This document shows positions 1-7,832 of a stretch of 64,000 nt of DNA, in pieces. The position numbers and the translations under genes are program-made. Each line of letters starts with the position of its first letter. Within the stretch, counting starts at the first letter, position 1. The stretch covers positions 16,916 to 80,915 of the forward strand of contig CAZHUO010000002.1 of assembly GCA_964535715.1 (NCBI GenBank). The letters run 5' to 3'. Source of the stretch: an uncultured Gammaproteobacteria bacterium. Its GTDB lineage: Bacteria; Patescibacteriota; Patescibacteriia; Buchananbacterales; UBA6539. The notes under the pieces were generated by a model. The model searched no databases and had not been told where the DNA came from. It saw only the letters and a list, made by a program, of their open reading frames with translations.

Positions 1-63
1 GATGAAATTAAAGAAAAAGTGGAGCAGTTAATTAAAAGTCTTGAATTATCTAAATTAAATTGA
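1..63 (+). CDS. 3' end of an upstream CDS (partial; product unknown), reads ...DEIKEKVEQLIKSLELSKLN*
   Basis: Open frame 1 from the window edge to TGA at 61-63. AT-rich like the host background. Confidence 0.3.
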   Translation, partial: DEIKEKVEQLIKSLELSKLN

Positions 64-218
64 TAACAGGTTTTATGCCGCTGTAAGTTAACAGTTTTAC
101 AGCATCAGCTGGACGTTTTTTGAAGAACTTGGTAAGATAAATATAACAATTTAACTAATCAACATAGCGCCGTTTTTGGCGTGTTTTTTAAAACTGCATA
201 ATCACCTTTACGTCATCT

Positions 219-249
219 TTGACGTCTTGACATAAAAAACCCTATAATA
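219..249 (+). promoter_or_regulatory. sigma70-like promoter candidate upstream of the peptide/rSAM cassette
   Basis: Overlapping TTGACG (219-224) and TTGACA (227-232), then TATAAT at 244-249. Spacers of 19 and 11 nt are non-ideal. An adjacent CGTCA..TGACG inverted repeat is present. Confidence 0.35.
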
Positions 250-436
250 TAAGATAAAGCGTTAAATTGGTGGCAAAGACGATTATTTTAGTGGTTAATT
301 TTTGTTGATTTTACCCCTTAAACCTATTATTTTGAGGGAAGTCTAAAAGTATAAACCAACAGAAACTAGCCACTTGCTAGATTGTCCTTTGTCATAAGCG
401 AACAGAATGTGAATGGTCGAAAGGAGGTGACAGGTC

Positions 437-520
437 ATGTTGAAAGAGTTCACGCTCGAGAAGCGGTCAAAGGTATCCAGCCGCACGTTGAAGGACGCGG
501 TGGACATGGACCAGGACTAG
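437..520 (+). CDS. 27-aa Cys-free small peptide MLKEFTLEKRSKVSSRTLKDAVDMDQD; candidate RiPP precursor for the downstream rSAM-SPASM enzyme
   Basis: ATG at 437 lies 7 nt after GAAAGGAGGTGA, the strongest SD in the window. TAG is at 518-520. Its position and GC content match the cassette. It is below the ORF-track length cutoff. Confidence 0.5.
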   Translation: MLKEFTLEKRSKVSSRTLKDAVDMDQD

Positions 521-532
521 GCCGAGAAGCGT

Positions 533-576
533 GGGGAGGATGGTGGCTTTGCTAAAGGCAAGGTGCCATCCTCCCC
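533..576 (+). promoter_or_regulatory. perfect 11-bp stem-loop between the peptide ORF and the rSAM gene, with no T-run; attenuator or mRNA-stabiliser candidate
   Basis: GGGGAGGATGG (533-543) and CCATCCTCCCC (566-576) are exact reverse complements around a 22-nt loop. Confidence 0.55.
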
Positions 577-605
577 CAACATTCATTCAGGAAAGGAAAA
601 AAGTG

Positions 606-2018
606 ATGTATCCAATACTGGTTGATTGCCGAGTAAGGGGGGCTGAAGGTGACTATTACCTTCATCGTTACCGTACGGGTGATGAGTTTGTTCTTGACTC
701 GTTACAAGCACAAATTCTGCAAGCCTGCACAGGAGAGCATGATGTTGAATGGTTGTCCGGAGAGTTCAATCAGCCAGCCGCAGATATCATGATTTTCCTT
801 GACACGCTCCAAGAGGCTGGTCTGGTGATGAAAAGCGAGGGGGCAACAAAGATTGAGTTCGCAGCGCTCACCAAGCCGCCTTACCTCCGCGAAGTTCATA
901 TTGACGCCACAGGCTGGTGCAATCTCTTTGGAAAGTGTAAGCATTGTTACGGCCGACGAACATTCGAAGAAGCTACTAATGACCAGCTAACAACGGAAGA
1001 GATGATACAGCTCATCGAACAGCTTGGCCAGATGAATGTGGCAAACTGCGTAATGTCCGGTGGGGAAGTGTTCATGAGAAAAGATTTACCCCAACTGATC
1101 TCTTGTCTGGCCCAGCAGCACATCCATCTCACCGGTATCTTCACGAATGGAACGATTTATCGCGATGACGTTGTCGATGCGCTTCAAAAGGAAAAGATGA
1201 GGACTCGTTTTCTTGTCAGCCTTGATGGCCACACTCCCGAGATTCATGACTTTATGCGGGGTCACGGTAACTTTCAAAAGACGGTCGATTTCATCGGTCG
1301 GATTCACGCCGCAGGATTTCCGGTAACAATCAATACCGTGGTCATCAAGCAGAACGTTGCGCACCTAATGGCGATGGCTCGTTTCCTGGAAATCCTTGGA
1401 ACGGTTTACCTCTGGCGCATATCGGTACCTCGCGAACAGGGAGAGACGATTGTCAACAAGGAGCTTATTCTGCCAGACTGGAATGACGTTTTTGCAGCCT
1501 ATGAGCAATTGATCAGGTATGCAATCGCTTCCACTGGCGGGATGCAGTACCAGATCAGCTCAATCTTCAAGTCAGCGTTGCTTGAAGAGCCAATCTACTA
1601 CCTGTTCCGCCCGGAAAGTAGTTGCTGCGAATACAAGCGCAACTCCATTACGGTTAAGCCGAATGGCAAGGTTACTCCTTGTACCGCCTTTGACAATTTC
1701 GTCTTGGGTGATGTCAGGCAAAGCTCGTTGGCCGACATCTGGTACAGTGATCTGACGCAGTCATTCAAGGTTCTTCCAGTTCAAGCAACGGCCTGCAGAG
1801 GCTGCGAACTGTTGCCGTATTGTGGAGGTGGTTGTCGCAAAGTGGCATGGGAGATGCACGGCAGCGCTTTGGCTCTGGACGACAGCGCTTGCCCACTTTA
1901 CCGGTTTGCCCGGGATGTTGTCGGGCCCCTTCTGGAGGAACAGGGCGTAACGGCAGAACTGCTTGAGCGCCCCAGTACCTATCGGTTCGATCCACGCATC
2001 ATCGATCACGCGATATGA
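606..2018 (+). CDS. radical SAM/SPASM-domain peptide-modifying enzyme with an N-terminal PqqD-like RiPP recognition element
   Basis: The rSAM cluster is CNLFGKCKHC (Cx5Cx2C), with a GGE-like motif in VMSGGEVF. The C-terminal SPASM Cys pattern is CCEYK...C(T)AFDN...CRGCELLPYCGGGCR...CP. The N-terminal ~85 aa has a PqqD-like pattern. Start is moved from the ORF-track 531 to ATG 606, which has an AGGAAAGGAAAA RBS-like stretch and avoids the hairpin. Confidence 0.85.
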   Translation: MYPILVDCRVRGAEGDYYLHRYRTGDEFVLDSLQAQILQACTGEHDVEWLSGEFNQPAADIMIFLDTLQEAGLVMKSEGATKIEFAALTKPPYLREVHIDATGWCNLFGKCKHCYGRRTFEEATNDQLTTEEMIQLIEQLGQMNVANCVMSGGEVFMRKDLPQLISCLAQQHIHLTGIFTNGTIYRDDVVDALQKEKMRTRFLVSLDGHTPEIHDFMRGHGNFQKTVDFIGRIHAAGFPVTINTVVIKQNVAHLMAMARFLEILGTVYLWRISVPREQGETIVNKELILPDWNDVFAAYEQLIRYAIASTGGMQYQISSIFKSALLEEPIYYLFRPESSCCEYKRNSITVKPNGKVTPCTAFDNFVLGDVRQSSLADIWYSDLTQSFKVLPVQATACRGCELLPYCGGGCRKVAWEMHGSALALDDSACPLYRFARDVVGPLLEEQGVTAELLERPSTYRFDPRIIDHAI

Positions 2019-2033
2019 GCTAATTAAGTTATG

Positions 2034-2075
2034 GAGGGGAGGAGTGAAAACCACGTCTTCCCTCCAATATTTTTA
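2034..2075 (+). terminator. intrinsic terminator after the rSAM gene
   Basis: GGAGGGG..CCCTCC imperfect extended stem (2034-2066) is followed by AATATTTTTAT. Confidence 0.55.
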
Positions 2076-2884
2076 TGAAAATGAAAAAAAATAAAACTAG
2101 GAAAGAGTGGTGGCAAAAAATTTTTGATCAGGATTATATTAAAACTTACATTGATATCACACCACAAGAGCTTACGGACAAGCAAGTCTCTTTTTTAATA
2201 AATAAATTAAAGCCGATTTCCAAAAAGAAAATTTTAGATTTGGGATGTGGTTATGGCCGTCATACTCTAAAGCTTGCTAAGCTCGGTTGTTCGATTATTG
2301 GTCTTGATTATTCCAAATTATTTTTGAATATTGCCAAAAGACAAGCCGCAAAAGAAGGCATTAAAGCAAATTTTGTTACAGGCGATATGAGGAAGCTTGG
2401 ATTTAAAAATAAGTTTGACGCGGTTATTTGTATGTTTACATCCTTTGGCTATTTTAATGAATACACAGATCATGAGGATACAATTAGGGGTGTTGCCAAA
2501 GCCCTTAAGTCAAAGGGAATATTTTTATTAGATTTGAATAACCCAGCTCGTCGGTTAGCAGGGATAATCAAGAATGGTAAGCTGGACAAAAAAAGGAAAA
2601 TTTTAATCACTAAAAAGATTTTTAAATTATCGAACGGTTTGAAAGTTACGATAACGCAAGAATTTGATTTGATTAAAATGCGTTGGAAATTAATTAGGCA
2701 GTGGAAGGAAGGTAAGAGGAATAAAAAGTATTCTTCAGATATTTATTTATTTACCTTGCCGGAAATTAAACACTTACTGGAACACAATGGATTTAAAGTT
2801 GAGAAAACATGGGGCGATTTTGACGGTTCACTGTTTAATCTTGAGAGTCGAAGGTTGATTATTTTAGCAAGAAAAAAATTGTAA
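2075..2884 (+). CDS. class I SAM-dependent methyltransferase
   Basis: ILDLGCGYGRHT motif I, plus motif II/III spacing. Confidence 0.8.
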   Translation: MKMKKNKTRKEWWQKIFDQDYIKTYIDITPQELTDKQVSFLINKLKPISKKKILDLGCGYGRHTLKLAKLGCSIIGLDYSKLFLNIAKRQAAKEGIKANFVTGDMRKLGFKNKFDAVICMFTSFGYFNEYTDHEDTIRGVAKALKSKGIFLLDLNNPARRLAGIIKNGKLDKKRKILITKKIFKLSNGLKVTITQEFDLIKMRWKLIRQWKEGKRNKKYSSDIYLFTLPEIKHLLEHNGFKVEKTWGDFDGSLFNLESRRLIILARKKL

Positions 2885-2895
2885 TATTTTGCATT

Positions 2896-3312
2896 ATGAA
2901 AATTCGTTGGGCTAAAACCAATAAAGATTTTACCTATATTGCTTCTTTATTTAACCCAAAAAATAACCGATATGTTTGGCCGAAAACTCAAACCGCTAAG
3001 CAAGTTAAACAAAACTGCAGTGAAACCAGACGTTATTATATTTTATTAGTTAAGAATAAACCAGTTGGCTGGTTTAACACTCGTTTGTCCGACAGTAAAG
3101 AAGCAACCATTGGAATAATTATTGACTATCCCTACCAAGGTCAAGGTTTTGGCAAACAAGCTATGGCTTTAATTAAAAAGGAAGCAAAAAAATTAGGAAT
3201 GAGAAGATTGCGGCTGGAAGTTTTTTTGGATAATAAATCAGCTATCAATCTTTATAAGAAAACCGGCTTTCGAACAGCAGCTAAAGTGGTGGTAATGGAA
3301 AAGAAAATTTAG
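2896..3312 (+). CDS. GNAT family N-acetyltransferase
   Basis: QGQGFGKQAM....LYKKTGF acetyl-CoA binding motifs. Confidence 0.8.
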   Translation: MKIRWAKTNKDFTYIASLFNPKNNRYVWPKTQTAKQVKQNCSETRRYYILLVKNKPVGWFNTRLSDSKEATIGIIIDYPYQGQGFGKQAMALIKKEAKKLGMRRLRLEVFLDNKSAINLYKKTGFRTAAKVVVMEKKI

Positions 3313-3346
3313 ATATCTAAACTTATTTTGTTAAAAATTATTAACC

Positions 3347-3760
3347 ATGCGAGTACGAGCGATTATAATTAAGGACAATAAAATAATCCTGATTAAAAGA
3401 GTAAGACCTAATGAAACATATTGGGTTTTTCCCGGTGGCGGTGTTGATTCTGGCGAAACAAAAGAAAATGCCCTAGCTAGAGAAATTAAGGAAGAATTGG
3501 GTTTGGATATTGAAGTAAAAGAATTATTTCTAAAAAGGCAATCAGATAAACCGGGAATGGAAGGTATAATGGAATACTTTTTTTCGGCAGATATTATCGG
3601 TGGTGAGCTCGGCAGTGGCGATGGTCCGGAATACCAGAGTGGTACTAATTATGAAGGTAATTACAAAATTGATTTAATTGACATTGGTGATTTAGACCAA
3701 ATCAATTTAAAACCAAAAGAAGCTAAGGATTTGGTTCTAAAATTATCTAGTCAAAAATGA
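3347..3760 (+). CDS. NUDIX hydrolase
   Basis: Nudix box GGGVDSGETKENALAREIKEELGL. Confidence 0.8.
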   Translation: MRVRAIIIKDNKIILIKRVRPNETYWVFPGGGVDSGETKENALAREIKEELGLDIEVKELFLKRQSDKPGMEGIMEYFFSADIIGGELGSGDGPEYQSGTNYEGNYKIDLIDIGDLDQINLKPKEAKDLVLKLSSQK

Positions 3761-4386
3761 AAAGAATTATTTTAACATCCCACGGATTCGAAAAAAATAA
3801 GAAATTAAAGCAGCAACTTCTTGGATTACTGCCATCTTTGACTAAAAATTTATCCGTTGTTATTATAACAACCGCTTCAGCCGAATGGAAGGAAAAAAAT
3901 AAACATGCCGTTTCCGCTAAACAAGCGTTGGAAAATATGGGATTTAAAAAGGTAGCTTTTCTGGACGTAGAATTTGAAAGTCCAAATAAGCTAAAGGATT
4001 TTAATTTAATTTATATTTGTGGTGGAAATCCATTTTATCTTTTATATCACCTTAAGAAAAGCGGAGCTGACAAAGTAATTCAGAAGCTAGCAGACAAGGG
4101 AGTTATCTTAGTTGGTGTTAGCGCTGGTGCTGTAGTATTAGGCCCAAGTATCAAAGTCGCTCAATATTTTGATGATGAGAAAAATATTGTTAAGTTAAAA
4201 AATTTTTCTGCCTTGAAACTAACTGACATTATAATTTTACCTCATTATAAAATAGAATACGAAAATAAAGTAAAAGATTTTGAAAAAGAAAATCATTGTC
4301 AGGTTACTCGTCTAAAAGATAGCCAAGGCGTTACGGTAATTGAAGATAAAATTAAGCCCATTGATTTCGGCGGCCGCAAACCGTAA
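3757..4386 (+). CDS. peptidase E-like (S51 family) / class I glutamine amidotransferase-like
   Basis: GVSAGAVV nucleophile elbow, the ICGGNPFYLL region and a ~210-aa size. Confidence 0.7.
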   Translation: MKRIILTSHGFEKNKKLKQQLLGLLPSLTKNLSVVIITTASAEWKEKNKHAVSAKQALENMGFKKVAFLDVEFESPNKLKDFNLIYICGGNPFYLLYHLKKSGADKVIQKLADKGVILVGVSAGAVVLGPSIKVAQYFDDEKNIVKLKNFSALKLTDIIILPHYKIEYENKVKDFEKENHCQVTRLKDSQGVTVIEDKIKPIDFGGRKP

Positions 4387-4419
4387 TTTGCGGTACAAGT
4401 AGCCTACTTTCAGTATCAG

Positions 4420-4738
4420 AATAATGGAATTGGATCAAATACTAATTACTCAGACTTAAAAACAGGACACACCAGTGTCCGATTTTTGGGACAGCACAAT
4501 ATCCCTGTCCCGTGTCCGATTTGTCCAATTTTGTAGAATTAGGCCTGACCGAGATGCCTCAAACTCGCCTCTAGTAAATACTCTAAATAACCCTTATAAT
4601 GCTTGTAAAGTTTCGGTTCTAGACCGAGGTACACTGCCAGAAAATCGCCGAAGAGGCGTTTTTTTGCCTGTCCGCCTCTCTGGCTCGCCATTCGGTGGCT
4701 TGCGGGGTATAATGTAACTAATAATTAATTCCATTATT
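4420..4738 (+). other. GC-richer structured noncoding element flanked by 12-bp inverted repeats; candidate ncRNA or miniature inverted-repeat element
   Basis: AATAATGGAATT (4420-4431) pairs with AATTCCATTATT (4727-4738). Internal perfect hairpins are GGACAC-acca-GTGTCC (4465-4480) and GGGACAG..CTGTCCC (4488-4511). GTGTCCGATTT is a direct repeat. Confidence 0.3.
4646..4665 (+). terminator. intrinsic terminator inside the structured element
   Basis: CGCC-gaaga-GGCG followed by TTTTTTT. Confidence 0.5.
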
Positions 4739-4754
4739 TTTAACCAATATCATT

Positions 4755-5090
4755 ATGCAATTTCTAATCAATTGGCTAATCTATACTTTAGCCATTATCA
4801 TTACCGCCTATTTGCTGCCGGGCGCAACGATTGAAAGCCTTTTTGCCGCATTTGTTTTGGCTTTGGTTTTGGGGTTGATTAACGCGGTTTTAAAGCCGAT
4901 AATAATTATTTTGACTTTGCCGATTAATATTTTAACCCTGGGACTTTTGACATTGGTGATTAACGCCTTACTGGTGATGCTGGCCGATTTTATTGTGCCG
5001 GGTTTTTCCGTTGGCAGTTTTTGGTGGGCGCTTTTATTCAGCATCATTTTGTCAATTATCAATCTGGTGTTAAGCCGGATTAAAGAGTAA
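4755..5090 (+). CDS. phage holin family IV / DUF360 (YvlD-like) small membrane protein
   Basis: 111 aa with four hydrophobic segments and a typical DUF360 sequence style. Confidence 0.65.
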   Translation: MQFLINWLIYTLAIIITAYLLPGATIESLFAAFVLALVLGLINAVLKPIIIILTLPINILTLGLLTLVINALLVMLADFIVPGFSVGSFWWALLFSIILSIINLVLSRIKE

Positions 5091-5185
5091 ATAATCGAAT
5101 ATAAGTTTTCGTCGTAAAATGTTGTGTGAATTTTTGTCGTAGTCTATCCGCCAAAAGATACCATTTAGTTGTTGATATTTTTTGT

Positions 5186-5214
5186 TTGACTGAGTTTTGA
5201 GGCGGGTATATAAT
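5186..5214 (+). promoter_or_regulatory. sigma70-like promoter
   Basis: TTGACT (5186-5191), a 17-nt spacer, then TATAAT (5209-5214). Confidence 0.5.
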
Positions 5215-5267
5215 ACCAAAGCTAATTATTTAATCGAGATTGTTATGGTAAAAACCGTAAATAATCA

Positions 5268-5366
5268 ACCCCGCACTAATTTTATAATCAATTTTATAAA
5301 TATATCTTTTAATTATAATTATTTAATAATAAATGTATGACTCAAAACACTAAATTAGTGCGGGGT
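5268..5366 (+). promoter_or_regulatory. 15-bp perfect inverted repeat enclosing the start region of the 5337 gene; translational or attenuation control candidate
   Basis: ACCCCGCACTAATTT (5268-5282) and AAATTAGTGCGGGGT (5352-5366) are exact reverse complements. The AT-rich loop between them contains the ATG at 5337. Confidence 0.45.
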
Positions 5367-5663
5367 CAACATAGCGCAACAATTGATGACGTTTTAGAGG
5401 CAGTCAATATTTTTGCCGACGAAACTCATCAGGAGTTTAGTCATGTCAAAGGCGAGATATCGGAGATTAATAGTAACATAACAAGAATGGTTACCAAAGA
5501 TTACCTGGATGACAAGATGTCGGATTTAAGAGGCGATTTAGTAGTGATGATGAGAAAAGAAGATAATAAGCTAAAAACTCTGGTCGGTGTATTAAAAGAA
5601 AAGTCAGTTTTAGATAGCAGTGATGTCAGCCGGATATATTCAATGGAGCCTTTTGCTCAATAA
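5337..5663 (+). CDS. hypothetical protein (108 aa, charged, likely coiled-coil)
   Basis: ORF with the promoter above and the terminator below. No recognisable domain. Confidence 0.55.
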   Translation: MTQNTKLVRGQHSATIDDVLEAVNIFADETHQEFSHVKGEISEINSNITRMVTKDYLDDKMSDLRGDLVVMMRKEDNKLKTLVGVLKEKSVLDSSDVSRIYSMEPFAQ

Positions 5664-5682
5664 TCTGAATTAATTAAATTAA

Positions 5683-5706
5683 AGCCCGCCATTGGCGGCT
5701 TTTTTG
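5683..5706 (+). terminator. intrinsic terminator
   Basis: GCCCGCC-attg-GCGGC followed by TTTTTTGATTTTTTT. Confidence 0.65.
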
Positions 5707-5822
5707 ATTTTTTTAAGTCTCTTTTTTTATAGCTAAGAATTCTATTTCTGCTGTTTTCTCCCAAGCTTGTAAGTAATTATAACCTTATCTATAATGTAAG
5801 ACAGGGAAGTAATTTTATAATT

Positions 5823-6845
5823 ATGGATTTAGATAGAATAAATGAAATACTAAAATCATATCAGTTTTTTCGGCGCAAGCAGGTTGATGAAGCGATTTTT
5901 AATCGCTTGGCTTCTAATTGGTCTGAAGTTTCCAACTTGCCCAAAGATCTGATTGAAATTCTTCAAAATGAATGCCCTTTGGAAATCAAAGCGAAAACCT
6001 TTGAAACCAAAGACAAAAAAACCGTAAAAGCTGCAATTATATTGTCAGACAATAAGGAAATCGAAACTGTTTTAATGCGTCATAAAGACAATCGCAATAC
6101 GGTCTGCGTATCTTGCCAGGTCGGCTGCGCTTTAAACTGCGCTTTTTGCGCAACCGGCCAGCAGGGCTTTTGCCGAGATCTGACATCTTCGGAAATTATT
6201 TTGCAGGTTTTATATTTTGCCCGCTTTTTAAAAAAAGAAAACGCCAAAATTACCAATGTTGTTTTTATGGGCATGGGCGAGCCGTTTTTGAATTATGATA
6301 ATGTAATGAAGGCGATTTATTGGCTGAATGACAAAGATAAATTTAATTTAGGAAGCCGCCAAATTTCCATTTCAACTTCAGGAATTATTGAAGGCATAAA
6401 TAAGCTTGCCAAAGAGCCATTGCAGGTAAATTTGGCTTTTTCATTTCATGCTGTTGATAACGATTTACGAACCAAGCTTATGCCGATTAACCAAACTAAT
6501 TCCTTGAGTAAAGTATTGGAGGCAATCGGCAATTATATTGAGAAAACAAATCGGCGGGTAATGATTGAATATCTAATGCTTGAAAATATTAATGATTCAG
6601 AAAATTCGGCTCTTGACTTGGCCAAGCTTTTAAAGAAAAAACTGCATCGACTTTTTTTTGTCAATTTGATCAGTTACAATGCGACTGAAAAATTTCAGCC
6701 TTCAAACCCGGAAACAATAAAAAAATTCAAAAGCATTTTGGAAAAAGAGGGAATTGTTGTGGTTCAAAGATATCGCTTCGGAACAGATATTAAAGCCGCC
6801 TGCGGCCAGCTGGCTTTAAATAGAGTAAAATTAAAAGACAAATAA
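5823..6845 (+). CDS. rlmN: 23S rRNA/tRNA adenine-C2 methyltransferase RlmN (radical SAM; RlmN/Cfr family)
   Basis: CALNCAFCATG radical SAM motif, upstream Cys in CVSCQVGC, and MGMGEPFLNYDNV. Confidence 0.9.
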   Translation: MDLDRINEILKSYQFFRRKQVDEAIFNRLASNWSEVSNLPKDLIEILQNECPLEIKAKTFETKDKKTVKAAIILSDNKEIETVLMRHKDNRNTVCVSCQVGCALNCAFCATGQQGFCRDLTSSEIILQVLYFARFLKKENAKITNVVFMGMGEPFLNYDNVMKAIYWLNDKDKFNLGSRQISISTSGIIEGINKLAKEPLQVNLAFSFHAVDNDLRTKLMPINQTNSLSKVLEAIGNYIEKTNRRVMIEYLMLENINDSENSALDLAKLLKKKLHRLFFVNLISYNATEKFQPSNPETIKKFKSILEKEGIVVVQRYRFGTDIKAACGQLALNRVKLKDK

Positions 6846-6846
6846 T

Positions 6847-7674
6847 GTGAAAAAACTTTTTTATTTATTTTTATTAATATTTTTTTTCTTTTCATTTTAT
6901 TTAGGCTTAAAATTTTTTTACATTCAGAAAGAAAATAAAAGCCAAATCAATAGAGAAAAATTAGAAGAAACCGAAATCAAAGAGCAAAAAATAATTCCAG
7001 AACACGCCAAGGTGCCGATTCTAGTTTATCATCATATCAGGGATTTTTTGCCAAAAGACAGCGCAAATAGCCGGACTTTTATTGTTCCCGCTTCTGATTT
7101 TGCCAATCAGCTTAAATATTTGAAAGATAATGGCTTTGAAGCAATTTCCTTTAAAAATTTACTTGATTATTTTACCGGTGATTTTTCTATGCCAAACAAG
7201 CCGATAATCATTTCATTTGACGACGGGTTGATTAATCAATACCAAAATGCATTTCCGCTGCTCAAAGAATACGGTTTTTCCGCAACATTTTTTATTTTTA
7301 CAAACCCCATAGGAAAAAGCGAAAATTATATGAGCTGGGAAAATGTCAAAGAATTGAATGATGCGGGAATGGAATTTGGCATTCACGGCCATTACCATCT
7401 TTATTTTGACAAAATCAGCCCTGATGAGCTTGATAAAGAAATTGTTTTCAGCAAACAAGTACTAGAGGAAAAGATTAATAGCATGATCGATGTTATTGCC
7501 TATCCTTTTGGCAGTTATAACGATGAAGCATTGAATAAAATAAAAAAAGCTGGCTTTTTTGCTGCGAGAGGGATTACTAATGGCGTAATACATTATAAAG
7601 ATGATTTTTATGATTTAAATAGTTATTTTATAACGGATGATTTTTCGCGTTTTAAAAATATTGTTGAACAATAA
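6847..7674 (+). CDS. polysaccharide deacetylase family (NodB/CE4) membrane-anchored protein
   Basis: N-terminal TM, IISFDDG, HGHYH. GTG start. Confidence 0.7.
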   Translation: MKKLFYLFLLIFFFFSFYLGLKFFYIQKENKSQINREKLEETEIKEQKIIPEHAKVPILVYHHIRDFLPKDSANSRTFIVPASDFANQLKYLKDNGFEAISFKNLLDYFTGDFSMPNKPIIISFDDGLINQYQNAFPLLKEYGFSATFFIFTNPIGKSENYMSWENVKELNDAGMEFGIHGHYHLYFDKISPDELDKEIVFSKQVLEEKINSMIDVIAYPFGSYNDEALNKIKKAGFFAARGITNGVIHYKDDFYDLNSYFITDDFSRFKNIVEQ

Positions 7675-7832
7675 AATCCGCCTTAAATTGTAATAATATA
7701 TCGGCAAATTACGCCCTTGTCTAATATTTTATACTTAATGATTAAATCAGTCTTAAAAAACAAATGATTTTCTTGGCAAAAATATTGAAATACGCTATAA
7801 TAAATATATAATTAATAATTTTCTTAAAAAAA

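Noticed and set aside
531-605. ORF-track N-terminal extension of the rSAM protein (MGRMVALLKARCHPPPTFIQERKKV)
   Set aside because: It overlaps the perfect 11-bp stem-loop and has no RBS. ATG 606, preceded by AGGAAAGGAAAA, is the more plausible start.
702-2054. Several 60-100-aa ORFs antisense to or out of frame within the rSAM gene (702-944, 947-1144, 1086-1364, 1519-1755, 1761-2054)
   Set aside because: The high GC of this block produces spurious open frames. All overlap a well-supported CDS.
4475-4717. 80-aa ORF MSDFWDSTISLSRVRFVQFCRIRPDRDAS...
   Set aside because: GC-rich, Arg/Pro-rich and with no RBS. It sits inside a hairpin-dense element with an internal terminator, so it is more likely noncoding.
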